A stretch of DNA of 63,444 nucleotides, counting the filler, from Chrysochromulina tobinii (taxonomy: Eukaryota), in the NCBI GenBank assembly GCA_001275005.1. It is 8 parts of 8 records of this genome, joined end to end, with 100 filler letters (N's around TTAATTAATTAA, not from the genome) between each part and the next. Parts side by side here need not be neighbours in the genome. Positions count along the whole stretch, not along the records: positions 41,119 to 54,795 come from JWZX01000350.1; positions 54,896 to 59,514 come from JWZX01000352.1; 6 more parts are not named here. One strand, written 5' to 3'. Position 1 is the first letter of the stretch. Every line of letters starts with the position of its first letter. The notes below the pieces were generated by a model. That model was not told the DNA's origin. It worked only from the letters and a program-made list of their open reading frames with translations, and did no database searches. The translations under genes and the position numbers were made by a program. Positions 46,391 through 57,800 of the stretch are shown here, piece by piece.

Positions 46391-47727
46391 ATGCTGGCCC
46401 GGACGCGGCTCCCCAGGGTCGCTCGCGAGGTTGGTTCAGCCACGCGCATCACGCTCGGGCCGTCCTCGCTGCGCTCTTCCGACGTGCTCGCCGTGCAGGC
46501 TGAGCTCGCGCGGGCCGAGCGCGGCACCGTGAACACTGGAGTGTTGCACGCCGGCCGCAGCTCGGGCAGCAACGTGCGCGATTTGGCGCAGGCGACCGCG
46601 GTGGAGCGCGCCAAGCACTTTCAGATCGTGGCCAACCTGATGCGTACGCTCGGCCTCTCCAAACTGCCCACCATCGCCGTTCTCGACGGCCAAGCAACCG
46701 GCATCGCGCTGGGTATCGGTGCGCACGCATCGGCATGCGTGGTCACGGAGCGCACGCGGCTGTCTCTGCCGGGCCCAGCGTTCGGCTTCGTGCCCGAGTC
46801 CTTCGCGAGCTACCAGCTCGCGCGGCTCCCCGGCGGGCTCGGCGCGTACCTGTCGCTCACAGGCGCATCGCTCTCGGGGCCCGAGCTCGTCGAGCTCGGC
46901 CTCGCCACCCATGCGACCGAATCGCAGGCGGTGCATCGCATCGAGGCAGAGGTGCGCGGCCCGACCGCCCGATGCGCTCCCGCTCGCTCCATTGGATCCC
47001 TCGCGTGATTGAGTGCCTGCGTGCCTGCTCGCAACCCATCTGAGCCTCCCTCTTGTTTGGCCCTCGTCCTCGGGTGCAGCTCTCTCATCAGCGCGTCCGT
47101 CAGCTCGGCCGCTCCCTACGCAACGTCGAAGTCGCGATCATCGAACCACGCCGTCAGCCATACACGGAGCACCATGCCCTCCACTACGCGGCGCCGATCG
47201 CCGAATGCTTCGGCGACGCTCCGGACATAGCCACGATCCTAACGCGACTCGAGGCCGGACAGACGGAGTGGCATCGGCAGGCGGAGCAGGTGATGAGGGC
47301 TGCCTCGCCCCTTGCCCTCACTCTGACCCTCGAGGGGCTCCTGGCCGCCGGACGCGCCGAGTGCTGGACGCACGCCTTGTCCTTGGAGGCCCAGATCTGC
47401 GCCGCCGCCGCCGCCGCGCCCGACTGCGCGCACGGAGCACGACGCCTCGAGGCCGCTAAGCGCGAAGCCCTCGCAGAGGCTGCGCGCCTCGAGCGCCACG
47501 CCGCCGCCGACCCCGACGAGCACGGCGACGAGGAGGACTCTTCCGACGACTCCTCCTCCGACTCCTCCCCCGACGAGGGCTCGTCCTCCTCGGACACGTC
47601 ATCCGACGACGAGAGCGTTGCGGCGGGCGCGCCAAAGCCGCCGCCGCCCCTCCGCTGGGAGCACAGCAGTCTCGCGGACGTCAGCGCGGAGCTCGTGCGT
47701 GGGTACCTGGTGGGCTTCAAATCTTGA
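46391..47727 (+). CDS. 3-hydroxyisobutyryl-CoA hydrolase-like (crotonase fold; possibly mitoribosomal mS47-like), intron 46952-47079
   Basis: PTIAVLDG..TGIALG, VVTERT, LGAYLSLTG, LGLATH, IAECFG, ASPLAL, RWEH. Confidence 0.75.
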
Positions 47728-47862
47728 GGCGGACGTGCACACATTTTCTTCGTGTGTGAAATCCGGTGTGAGGTATCGGATAACTTTGGTTTAGGGTAAC
47801 AAAGGAGAGAAAAATCTCGTCTCCATCTCGATTTTCTGCTCTTTGGCACAGGAGGTTTGAGG

Positions 47863-48717
47863 ATGACGACATCGGCGCCGATGACAGCGTTGACGCTGCT
47901 ACTGCTGCCATTGACCTCGGCAGCGTCAGGGCCGCAGCGATCATGGCTCGAACGGCTCGCACCGACGCAATCGCTTTCACAGCAGGCCGACTACGCGCGC
48001 GCCTCCGCGCTGCTCCGCCAGGGCCGCTCTCGCGCCGACTGCGAGCGAGCTGCTTCGCTGCTCGAGGGATTGCTGGCGAAGGGTGAGGACGGCGACGGCC
48101 GGCTGTCGCTCGCTTGCGCTAAGGCGCTCAATGCCATCATGCGCATCCGCACCAACTCCAACACTCTCCACATCACGCGGCTGCTCGATACGCCGGAGAA
48201 CAAGGCCGTGTGGCGCAGCCTCGGCCCGCGCGCGCTCGAGCTCGCCACGCGCGCAAAGAAGGCGCGGCCTCAGGACCCGGAGGCGCTCGTGGCGTACGCA
48301 GACGCGTACTTCTTCGCCAACAGCGTCAAGGGCGTCCTCGCCGCTGCGGTCACGGGCAGTGGTCTCGAGTTCAAGGGCAATTCGAAGGAGCTCATCCGTC
48401 GCTGCCCGCGTGCTGACGGCGGCGTGGGCCACTGCTACCTGGGCGCCTTCTTCTTGATGGCGCCGTGGCCGCTGTGCAACCCTAAGCGCGCCGAGGAGCA
48501 CCTCTCCACCGCTCACCGCATCGTGCCGTCTCGCCGCAATTCGTACTACATGGGTGTGCTTCACTACCGACTCGGCCGCCCTGCTGAAGCGGAGCGCTAC
48601 TTTCGGCAGGCGCTCAGCGCCAAGTGCGCGAGTGCGAGCGAGGCGGACTTTGGCGGCTTCATGCTGCGCGAGGCCAAGGCCGCCCTCGACGCGTGTGCGC
48701 GCCCCAAGGCGCACTGA
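47863..48717 (+). CDS. Helical-repeat (TPR-like) protein with N-terminal signal peptide
   Basis: LTLLLLPLTSA signal; TPR-like YYMGVLHYRLGRPAEAERYFRQAL. Confidence 0.65.
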   Translation: MTTSAPMTALTLLLLPLTSAASGPQRSWLERLAPTQSLSQQADYARASALLRQGRSRADCERAASLLEGLLAKGEDGDGRLSLACAKALNAIMRIRTNSNTLHITRLLDTPENKAVWRSLGPRALELATRAKKARPQDPEALVAYADAYFFANSVKGVLAAAVTGSGLEFKGNSKELIRRCPRADGGVGHCYLGAFFLMAPWPLCNPKRAEEHLSTAHRIVPSRRNSYYMGVLHYRLGRPAEAERYFRQALSAKCASASEADFGGFMLREAKAALDACARPKAH

Positions 48718-49249
48718 GCCGTCGGCCCTTTGCGCATGGAACCAGGACACTTGTGCCGTTGCAGACGGGGCACGGGGGTGGACCGCGGGGTCGGGTGTGT
48801 GGTGCCACAGCGGAAGCACAGTTCTCTCAACACACATTGGTGCTAGGCGAACCAAGTGCGAGTTTACACTCAGCCTCGGATTTCTTGGATTTTTATCAAT
48901 ATATCAATATATCAATATATGATTATTCACGGACGATAGAACGATGCGACGTCAAATTGCATGTCAAATTGGCTCGGCTGTAATTTGTGTTTCCTCGATT
49001 TCTGCCCTTGGATTTCTGTGCAACTCCAACTCACTGCATCTGTGCTTCCGGTTTCAAAGTCGATGAAGCTACGATATCTTGCCGACATCTTGCCGTGGTA
49101 GACTTTCGCCTTCACACCTTCGTCTGCGCTCGGGTTTCTACCGGTACGGTACTGTACTGAAACTTACCGGTACTGGACAAGAACTTACGCCCCTTTTCAC
49201 CCCGGGTTTGGTGATTGGGCACGCTGAGCCGCTCGCAAGCTGTGCGGGG

Positions 49250-51200
49250 ATGGAAAGAATGCTCGAGAGCTCGCCGTACCTTGACGTGCAGGCTAAAATC
49301 AACGAGTCCGTCAACCGCCAGCTGCAGAACCTTGTCAAAAACGTGCACGCGCACTTTGCCCAAGACGTTGTTCCGCCCAGCGCAGCGGCGTCGGGGGAGC
49401 GACTGGCGGGGATGGTGCGTGTCCGAGGGGGCGGCTGCGCCGCAAGCAAGCCTCACGCGCAAGCCGAGCCAATCATTCAGGACCTGGACGGCCCTCCGAG
49501 ATCACCATCTCTCGCTGTGGAGCAAGGCGCTGAGGCAACACCCGAAGACGCGAAGGTCGTCGAGCCAGTGCCCGAGACGACCGACAACAGCGCACCTACG
49601 GAAGGTGTGGAGCCGGCGGCCGGAGAGGCGACGGAGGCAGAGACGGCGACGGAGGCCACGAGGGCAGAGCCGCCGCCGGCAGAGGCGTCGGCCGAGACGA
49701 GGAACCCGATCTTCGAGATCGGCAGCTCCTGGATCGACGCGATCGTGCAGGCCTTCACGCCGCGAGGAACGTCCGTGCCCAATACGGCGCCCACTTCGAT
49801 TGAACTCGCCCCCCTCTGGACCACAGAAGACTTGAAAGAAGTCTCGACACGTTTGGCGGATCAGCTTCTCATCAACACCGAGAACCAGGTCCAGATCGAG
49901 GAGATCTTCAACCATCTTCAGCAGACGAAAGATGGCATCCTGACAATGGAAGAGTTTGGCCCAAGGACGCCGAGAGAGGTGAGCCTTCGAGACGGCAGCG
50001 GCTCGCTGCCATTTTGGGCGCCGCCGCTCGCCGCCCACCACACCTCGCCCGCCGCTCGCGGCCCGGTCCAGCCGCCGCCCAGCTCGCCCCAGCTCGCTTG
50101 CGCGCTGCCTCGGGCGCTGCCTCGGCATCTGACAAAGCCCCTCTGAGTTTTGCATGGTGCGCCGCAGGCGTCGCGTGACAGCCTTTGGGACAAGCTGCGC
50201 GTGGAGCTGGACGAGAACCAGGACGGCAAGATCTCACTTAAGGAGTTCGTCACCGGCTTCAAGAAATTCGTCCTCAAACAAGCCCTCAAGCAAGTTCCCC
50301 TCCCCACCTCGGTCCCATCGGACCACTCGCACGAGATGACCTTGCTGAACGAGGCGATGAACCGATCGCTCAAGAAAATGGTTGCGGATGTCGCGCAACA
50401 GGTTGGTATGAAGTGTGACACGCCACCACCAGCGCCACCACCAGCGCCACCACCAGCGCCACCACCAGCGCCACCACCAGATGCGCTGCGCCAAGCCAAG
50501 GATAGCTTCCAACAGGAACGTACGGGAGGGGTGCTGGAGTGGCTGCTGGCTAAACTTCGATCAATGATGTTCCGAGCGACGCCAGCACCGATCAATGACG
50601 CACCGAGCGACGCCAGCGACACCCCTATTGCCAGCATTGAACCCGCCTTTCCCGTGATGCCATCTGGCGGCGGCGGCGGCAGTGGCGGCGACGGCGGCGG
50701 CGGTGGCGGCGGCGGCAGCGAGGGCTATGGCGGTCACGCGCAAGGCGGTGGCGGCGAGGGCTTGTGGGCAGTTGTCTTTCCCCTGTCGAAGAGTGGGCGT
50801 GAAGTGTTCATGGCGACGAGACCAGATGGTCAATACATGACGTTCGGTGGAACACCGGGATCTGGGGAGACGCCTCCAGAAACTGCCTCCCGTGAGTTCC
50901 GCGACAAAGGGGGCGTTGTTCCGGGTGGTGTCCTGGATCTCACCGGCTGGACGGAAAGAATGGTCAAGGATCAGTACGGGTCGACGGCCTACTTCATCGG
51001 GCGAGCCCCGAATCGCACCACCTGGAAGTATAATCAGAATAATTCCAAGGAGACCACCGGAGGGGTGTGGCTGACACTCGATGATTTGATTGCTGCCAAC
51101 GCTGAAGGACGGCTGAGGGACGGCAAGCACGTGTTGAACATTGCCAAGCAGGTCATGCCGACGCCGCAGTACCAGCAGCAGCAGCAGCGGCATCCGCAGT

Positions 51201-51240
<40 letters not shown>

Positions 51241-51886
51241 CCAGCAGCAGCCGCACCCGCAGTACCAGCGTTACAGCGCCCGCGGCGTGCTGCTAGGGTC
51301 GAGACGGGGGCGGTCCGAGCTGCCCGTGGCTGCTGGACAGTACCAGCAGCAGCAGTCGGCTGCTGCTGCGGCAGGATGCGAGACGTTTGACTTCCGGGAT
51401 CAACTGCAAGACAGGATCCCAGTGAAGCTGACTACAAATCCCTATGAGGCGACGGCGCGGCTGGAGACCATCGTGGACCCGAAGGGGCTGACCAATGTCG
51501 GTGCCAGGCTACACGCCGAGATGAAGAAGGCAGGCCAGCCGCGCAGCATCGCTACCGTGGTCGCCGGCAACTCTGGGCGGCCCGCCGGCGCATGCGGCTT
51601 TAAGGACGGCACCATCCGCAAGCTGCACCCCGAGCACACGACGCAGGAGGAGGACGTGGTGTCCAACTGGATGACCACCGCCTGCCACAACGAGGGGAGG
51701 CCGCTCATGCCGGGCATGGCCGACGGCGGGCATTACATCGCCAATGCCATCTACCAGGCCACCATCTTTAAAAATTGGGGCATGCTGGATCTGGAGGGCA
51801 GCAGCAAGAAAACTGTGCAGCATGTGAGTGCCCGAGCCCACGCCCCCCGCCAAAGGGCCTACCCCGCCTTCTTGGCAGGTCGCCAC

Positions 51887-51959
<73 letters not shown>

Positions 51960-52509
51960 TGCACACAGTAGCCCCTTGCACATGTCCGACACCGCTCCTG
52001 CGCCTCTTCGCTCACGTCTTTGTCAGGTCGACTACACCCGGGCGCAACACTCCTGGTTGTACGGGCACGCGTGGGTGGTTCGCGATTCTTTTCTCAGCGC
52101 CAAGCAAACGGACAGCTACGGTCAACGATTCTACGACGTCGACGATCAGTACCCCACGTCGCTGGTGTTTGTGGCCGGCCCCAATTGCGGCGCCCGGGGG
52201 CACGAAGCGAGCAGCACTACGACGCGCACGTTCAACCCGCACGCCGAGAAAGACTACGGGCTCTTTCGGAGCGGCGTGCAAGCGGCGCTGTGTGCGGGGC
52301 TGATGGCCATGGCGCAGCTCGGCACCGAGGTGGCGCTCCTCGCCCACATCTCCGCCGGAATCTACGCGGGTCCGCACAAGGCGAAGCTGCGCGCCGACTT
52401 CGAGGACATCGTCAATGAGCTCCTCGAGCACACCATGTGCGACTCGCCCAGCGGGCAGGCGCCGCTCGGGCGCTACTTCCATCGCGTCATTCTCACGCTC
52501 CTTGAATGA
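49250..52509 (+). CDS. Multidomain protein: EF-hand(s), degenerate Nudix domain, PARG-like macrodomain; introns 49979-50167 and 51824-52026
   Basis: DENQDGKISLKE; GGTPGSGETPPETASREF; GNSGRPAG...TQEE...VFVAGPN...ISAGIY. Both introns are GT-AG and keep the frame. Confidence 0.7.
51888..51957. repeat. (CTG)n microsatellite, intronic
   Basis: About 23 uninterrupted units within intron 51824-52026. Confidence 0.95.
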
Positions 52510-53144
52510 GCACGCGCGGCGGAAATACATCGCTCACGCGAGCATGCCCCGTCATTCTCACATGGGGATCTGTAGACTGTACAACGCTGTGGACTTACCG
52601 CTGGTTTGGATGTTTGCACGCGCTCACAGCTGGGGCGGTGCCCCCGCTGATCTCCCGTCGGGCTGTTCTATTTCTTCTGGGTCAGCTCCTCACTGTGTGA
52701 GTTCAAAATCAGGTGTTGGGGATCGAGTCGTATAGTGACTGTGTGTGCAATCAAATCCAGAAATGAATGTTATTATCTCCGCTCGACCCCTTCGGCCTTC
52801 GTTCCAATTCCATGATTATATAGATCTTTAATCTCATTCTCACGACTCCGCTGACCGCTCGAAACTTAATAATACCCAACGCAACGGACGCATCGAAGCG
52901 AAGCTATACCGCATTGACTGATCACATCACGTCACGGACATGGTCACGGATCCTCCGTGAGCTCCGCCTGTCGGCAGAAGCACGCTATGAAGCACGCAGA
53001 CGACACACGTTGCCCACAACGCACAGGCCGATAGGGAGGCAGTCCTCGGTGGGCTAATAGCGTGCACGTCGCTCAACTGCCTGCCTCCCCCCCGCGCCGC
53101 CCTTGGCCCGCCATCCCCGCGCCCTCTGCGCCATGCCCTCCGTC

Positions 53145-53645
53145 GCGGCATCGTCCTCGGCGCCGTGTTGGGCGCCGCGGCATCGTCCTCGGCGCCGTGT
53201 TGGGCGTCGCGGCATCGTCCTCGGCGCCGCTCGTCTGCTCCGGCGACTCCGCCTCGTGCGACATCTCCGCCGCCGAGATGTCGCCGAGATCTCGCCTCGT
53301 GCGACATCTCCGCCGCCACCGCCTCCAGCCGCCCTGGCGATGCGCCCTGGCGCCTCCAGCCGCCCTGGCGCCTCCAGCCGCCCTGGCGCCTCCAGCCGCC
53401 CTGGCGCCTCCAGCCGCCATGGCGCCTCCAGCCGCCCTGGCGCCTCCAGCCGCCATGGCGCCTCCAGTCGCCGTCATCGCCTCCAGGCGCCTCAAGTCGC
53501 CCTGGCACGCCACCGCCTCCGCCTTTTCTACGCGGGCCGCGGCGCGCTCGGCATGGCGCTCGGCATGGCGCTCGGCAAGGCGCTCGGCAAGGCGCTCGGC
53601 AAGGCGCTCGGCAAGGCGCTCGGCAAGGCGCTCGGCAAGGCGCTC
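53145..53645. repeat. Cluster of GC-rich minisatellites (about 30-, 18- and 12-bp units)
   Basis: CGGCATCGTCCTCGGCGCCG.., CCTCCAGCCGCCCTGGCG and GCGCTCGGCAAG arrays just downstream of the Nup62 stop. Confidence 0.85.
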
Positions 53646-54795
53646 AGGGCGCGCGCGGCTGCCCGAGGAGATGGTCCGCCTCCTGAAGGGCGTCCTCCAC
53701 CTTCTTGCCATTCTGCTCTAGGTATTGGAAGGCGCTCAGATGGACATCGAGTATGTTGACCATGTCGAGTATGTTGACCTGGTTGAGGGAGGGCGTGGGC
53801 GCGCCTCGCCCCGGGTGAGGCGCGCGGTTCGCACGACTGTTGACGCGCTCAATGGTGTCATCGAGGAGGCGGCGCGTGTCGTTGAGCTCGCGGTCAAGTT
53901 GCTCGAACAGGGCATATGCCTGCAGCCGTTCCGAGGGGTGATCGGGAAAGGCACTCCCGTCCTCCTCCACTTGGCGCTCAAGGGCGGAGAGTGCCTCGTG
54001 CATCGCGTCCTGATGATGCAGGATGAGCTCGAGCTCCGAGGAGAGCTTCTCCGCCCCGTCCTTGAGCTTCTTGGTCGTGTGATGCAAGCGGAGCGCACGG
54101 TCGCGGGCGTCGAGTAACTCACGGTCCATTTCATCCACTGCGCGCGCCTGCACCACGAAAGTCTCGACCTGTACGCGCAGCTGCTCCCGAAGGTGCACCA
54201 TCGCGTCATGAAGCTTCATGCGGTCGAGCTCGGACCGAAAGGGCTTTGCCGCGGCCGCGGCCGCAGCGGCGGCGGGGGCACCTCCGCCGCCTCCACCTCC
54301 GCCGCCTCCACCTCCGCCGCCTCCACCTCCGCCGCCGCCTGCGGGCGCGGGCGCAGGCGCAGTCGCGCCGCCGCCGCCGAACACACCGCCGCCTGCGGGC
54401 GCCGGCGCAGGTGCAGCAGGTGTAGCAGCACTGCCGCCGCCAAACAGACCGCCCGCAGCCGCAGGCGCAGCAGCGCCGCCGCCGCCGAACAGACCGCCGA
54501 CTCCGGGCGCAGCCGCAGGTGCAGCAGGTGTACCAGCGCCGCCGCCGCCAAACAGACCGCCCGCAGCCGCAGGCGCAGCAGCGCCGCCGCCGCCGAACAG
54601 ACCGCCGACTCCGGGCGCCGGCGCAGGTGCAGCAGGTGCAGGAGCGCCGCCGCCGCCAAACAGACCGCCCGCAGCCGCAGGTGCAGTAGCGCCGCCGCCG
54701 CCGAACAGACCGCCGACTCCGGGCGCCGGCGCAGGTGCAGCAGGTGCAGGAGCGCCGCCGCCGCCAAACAGACCGCCCGCAGCCGCAGGTGCAGT
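53644..54795 (-). CDS. NUP62: Nucleoporin Nup62/Nsp1, 5'-truncated
   Basis: Repeated GGLFGGGG (FG) units, then an Nsp1-C-like coiled coil (F..QA..V...DR.L...QD.....L..LE...ERLQAY...ILDVHLSAFQYLE). Confidence 0.8.
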   Translation of the reverse strand, partial: TAPAAAGGLFGGGGAPAPAAPAPAPGVGGLFGGGGATAPAAAGGLFGGGGAPAPAAPAPAPGVGGLFGGGGAAAPAAAGGLFGGGGAGTPAAPAAAPGVGGLFGGGGAAAPAAAGGLFGGGSAATPAAPAPAPAGGGVFGGGGATAPAPAPAGGGGGGGGGGGGGGGGGGGGAPAAAAAAAAAKPFRSELDRMKLHDAMVHLREQLRVQVETFVVQARAVDEMDRELLDARDRALRLHHTTKKLKDGAEKLSSELELILHHQDAMHEALSALERQVEEDGSAFPDHPSERLQAYALFEQLDRELNDTRRLLDDTIERVNSRANRAPHPGRGAPTPSLNQVNILDMVNILDVHLSAFQYLEQNGKKVEDALQEADHLLGQPRAP

Positions 54796-54897
54796 NNNNN
54801 NNNNNNNNNNNNNNNNNNNNNNNNNNNNNNNNNNNNNNNTTAATTAATTAANNNNNNNNNNNNNNNNNNNNNNNNNNNNNNNNNNNNNNNNNNNNGT

Positions 54898-57800
54898 AGT
54901 TGCGAGACTACCTCGACCAGCGGCGTCTCGGCTATCGGCGCCAAGGTGGACGTCGATGGCGCGTGCTGGGAGCATTCGCATCCCCTCGCCCTCAACGTGT
55001 ACGAGATGAACGAATGGGCCGTCGATCACCCGGGCAACGCCCAGTATGCGCCTGATGAGCGATGATTGCCTCCTCCCTAATTACCTTGATGAACGAGTGG
55101 GCCGTCGATCACCCGGGCAACGCCCAGTATGCGCCGAGCGCCCACCGCAACAAGGCCTTCGCGCTGGCCTCTGATGAGCGATGATTGCCACCTCCCTAAT
55201 TACCTTGATGACCGCCGAGGCTTGAGTGGCCTCTGATGAGCGATGATTGCCTCCTCCCTACTTAGGTATGCACCGAGCGCCAACCCCATCAAAGCCTTCG
55301 CCCTCGCGGGTGGCACGACCCTCCTCTGGCCCGCCAGCCATCCGATGAACCGTTTCGAAGGGCAGGCGAATAACTTTCCCATCCTCGGTCAGCTTTGATG
55401 CTCTAATTGCCTTTTGATGGCCTCTGATGGCCTCTGATGATCTCCCTAATCAGGTATGCTCGGATACGATTGGGTCTCTATTCGCCTCTGATTGCCGCTG
55501 ATGGCCTCTGATGGCCTTTGATGATCTCCCTCATCAGGTAAGCTCGGAGCCTCGGTGGACTTCACCAGCTTACCAACGAGCGTGCAGAACGCTGACGTGG
55601 CGGCACGGTTCGACGCGCTCGCGATGGGCGCCGCAACCGAGGCATGCGGCTCTCCGGGGGAGGTGGCCAATGAACCAACCGAGGGTCACCACTTCCACAT
55701 TGACGGCAACGGCGCGATCGATGACACGTCGCGATTCACTTATTGGACGCTGGGCAAGTACGATGGCGATATGGAGGTTATCCACGCGCACCTGGCGCAG
55801 CATGCGCCCGATCAGCTTCGTCAGCGCGCAGCGCATGCCCTCATCCAAATCTTTGTGATCTCGTGGGAAGGTGACTTGATGACCTCTGAGACACTTCGCA
55901 CGATTGCCTCCGCAGTGTTCGCACTCATCCGGACCGTCTCGTGCTCTCTTGATTACCTCTGATTGCCTCTAATTGCCTCTCATTGCCTCTAATCGCCTCT
56001 GATTGCCTCTAATTGCCTATGATTACCTCTGATTGCCTCCAATCGACTCTCATTGCCTCACTCATTCGGATCATCTCGTGCTCTCGCACGAAGGCCTCTC
56101 CATCAACTGGAACTCGGAAAACTTCCTCGCCTACCACGACATCCTTGTGCGCCATGCGTTCGGCTCAATGCGCGAGATCTTGAGCGAGATCTCGTACAGC
56201 GGTATGATGGCGCGCTACCTCACGTATCAGGACTCGGGGTCGCGCGCTGCCTCGGGCACCTCACCCGACGAGAACTACGCACGGGAGCTCATGCAACTCT
56301 TCTCGGTCGGTCTCATCGAGCTGGGCGAGGACGGCTCGAAGCAGCTCGACGCGCACGGCAACCCCATTGAAACCTACTCGACGGAGAACATCCAAGAGTT
56401 TGCGCGCTGCTGGACAGGCTTTAGCTTGCAGTCGATGCGCGTCAATATCCAAAACGAGGGCCACGCATACGGCAACCGGATCGACCCGATGCGCATCACT
56501 GGCAACGGCGCCGATACGAAGCGCGACCTCTTTCCTAAAATGGACCTGCATCGCGGCCACATCGGCGACGGCCTCCCGCTGTGCGCCGACCTGCCGCCGC
56601 GCCACTTTCTATCGGCAGGCGCGCGCTACACGTACCTCGGGCGTACGGCGAGCGCCAAGCATCAGCCCGAGGCCATTCATGCGACGACCAAGTCGCGCAT
56701 CAATGCGCTCGGCGCCAGCTGGACGGACCAAGTGCCGCGGCTCGCCCCCCGTCCGAACACGTCGAGCCTCTATTCACACCTCTGCGGTCGAGGCGGTGGC
56801 GGCGGCGGAGGTGTGAACAGAGGCAGCTGTCGCTTCCGGAGCGAGGTCCGCCTCAACGTGACACTGCCTTGCGACGGCAAGGAGTGTCTCGTCGACACGG
56901 TGACCGTCGTCGACATGCACGACAACAGCACCGGGGAGACAGTCTACTATGAGTACGTGCGCCCACCGTGCGTGGAGCTCACCTTTTTCCACGGGGCGCT
57001 CGTCATGTCGCAGGTGAGTTGCCCTTGATGACCACCGAGTGCACTTGACGACCCGTGATGAGCCTTGATGATGACCCTTGATTTTCATGGGGCGCTCGTC
57101 GTGTCGCAGGCGAATACCCTCAAGATGTGCGCCGACTTGGGCACTGAGGTGGCGTCCGCCGCATGCTGCCAGCCAGGCGCCCACTTGATCAACACCATGG
57201 CCATCACCGAGTGCGCCTACGTTAACGAGGCGATGAAGTACGACACCGCCGTCGCTCGCTGCGCGGCGCGCATCGACGGGTACACCCAGGTGGCTATGAC
57301 CTCTGATGACCTCTGATGACCTCTGATGACATCTGACGACCTCTGATGACCTCTGATGACCTCTGATGTCGCATGGACGGTTACATCCATATCTGCTCCA
57401 ATTTCTACAACGAATGGCCACGAATGGCCACTAATTGCCACCAATTCCACTAATTGCCACCAATTCCCACTGATTGCCAGGTCTGCTCCAACTTCTACCG
57501 CGCGCCCGGCTGCTTTGCTTATGGCCCCGCGGGCGATCACGGCATGTCATACGAGCGTGCGTGGACGCGGTACAATGCGAGCTCGACCCGGTGCACGATG
57601 CAAGTGCAGGTCTTTGCCAACGACGGCACCGTGACGCTCGTCCACCCCGACAGCCAGGACCCCTCTCTCACCAGAGACAGCGGCAACGTCTTCCGCGTGC
57701 GCTGGGCCGAGGGCCGTTATCCCGCGGGACGCAACTGCACCGTCTCTCCCATCGACGGCGCACCGACCGGGTGCACCACGTTCGACAATGGCGTCTCGTG

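Noticed and set aside
51824..52303. Poly-Cys or poly-Leu protein in the ORF track
   Set aside because: Translation of an intronic CTG microsatellite; splicing 51824-52026 removes it.
53062..53759. Several ~200-aa repetitive ORFs
   Set aside because: Stop-free GC-rich minisatellites open in most frames; no independent coding evidence.
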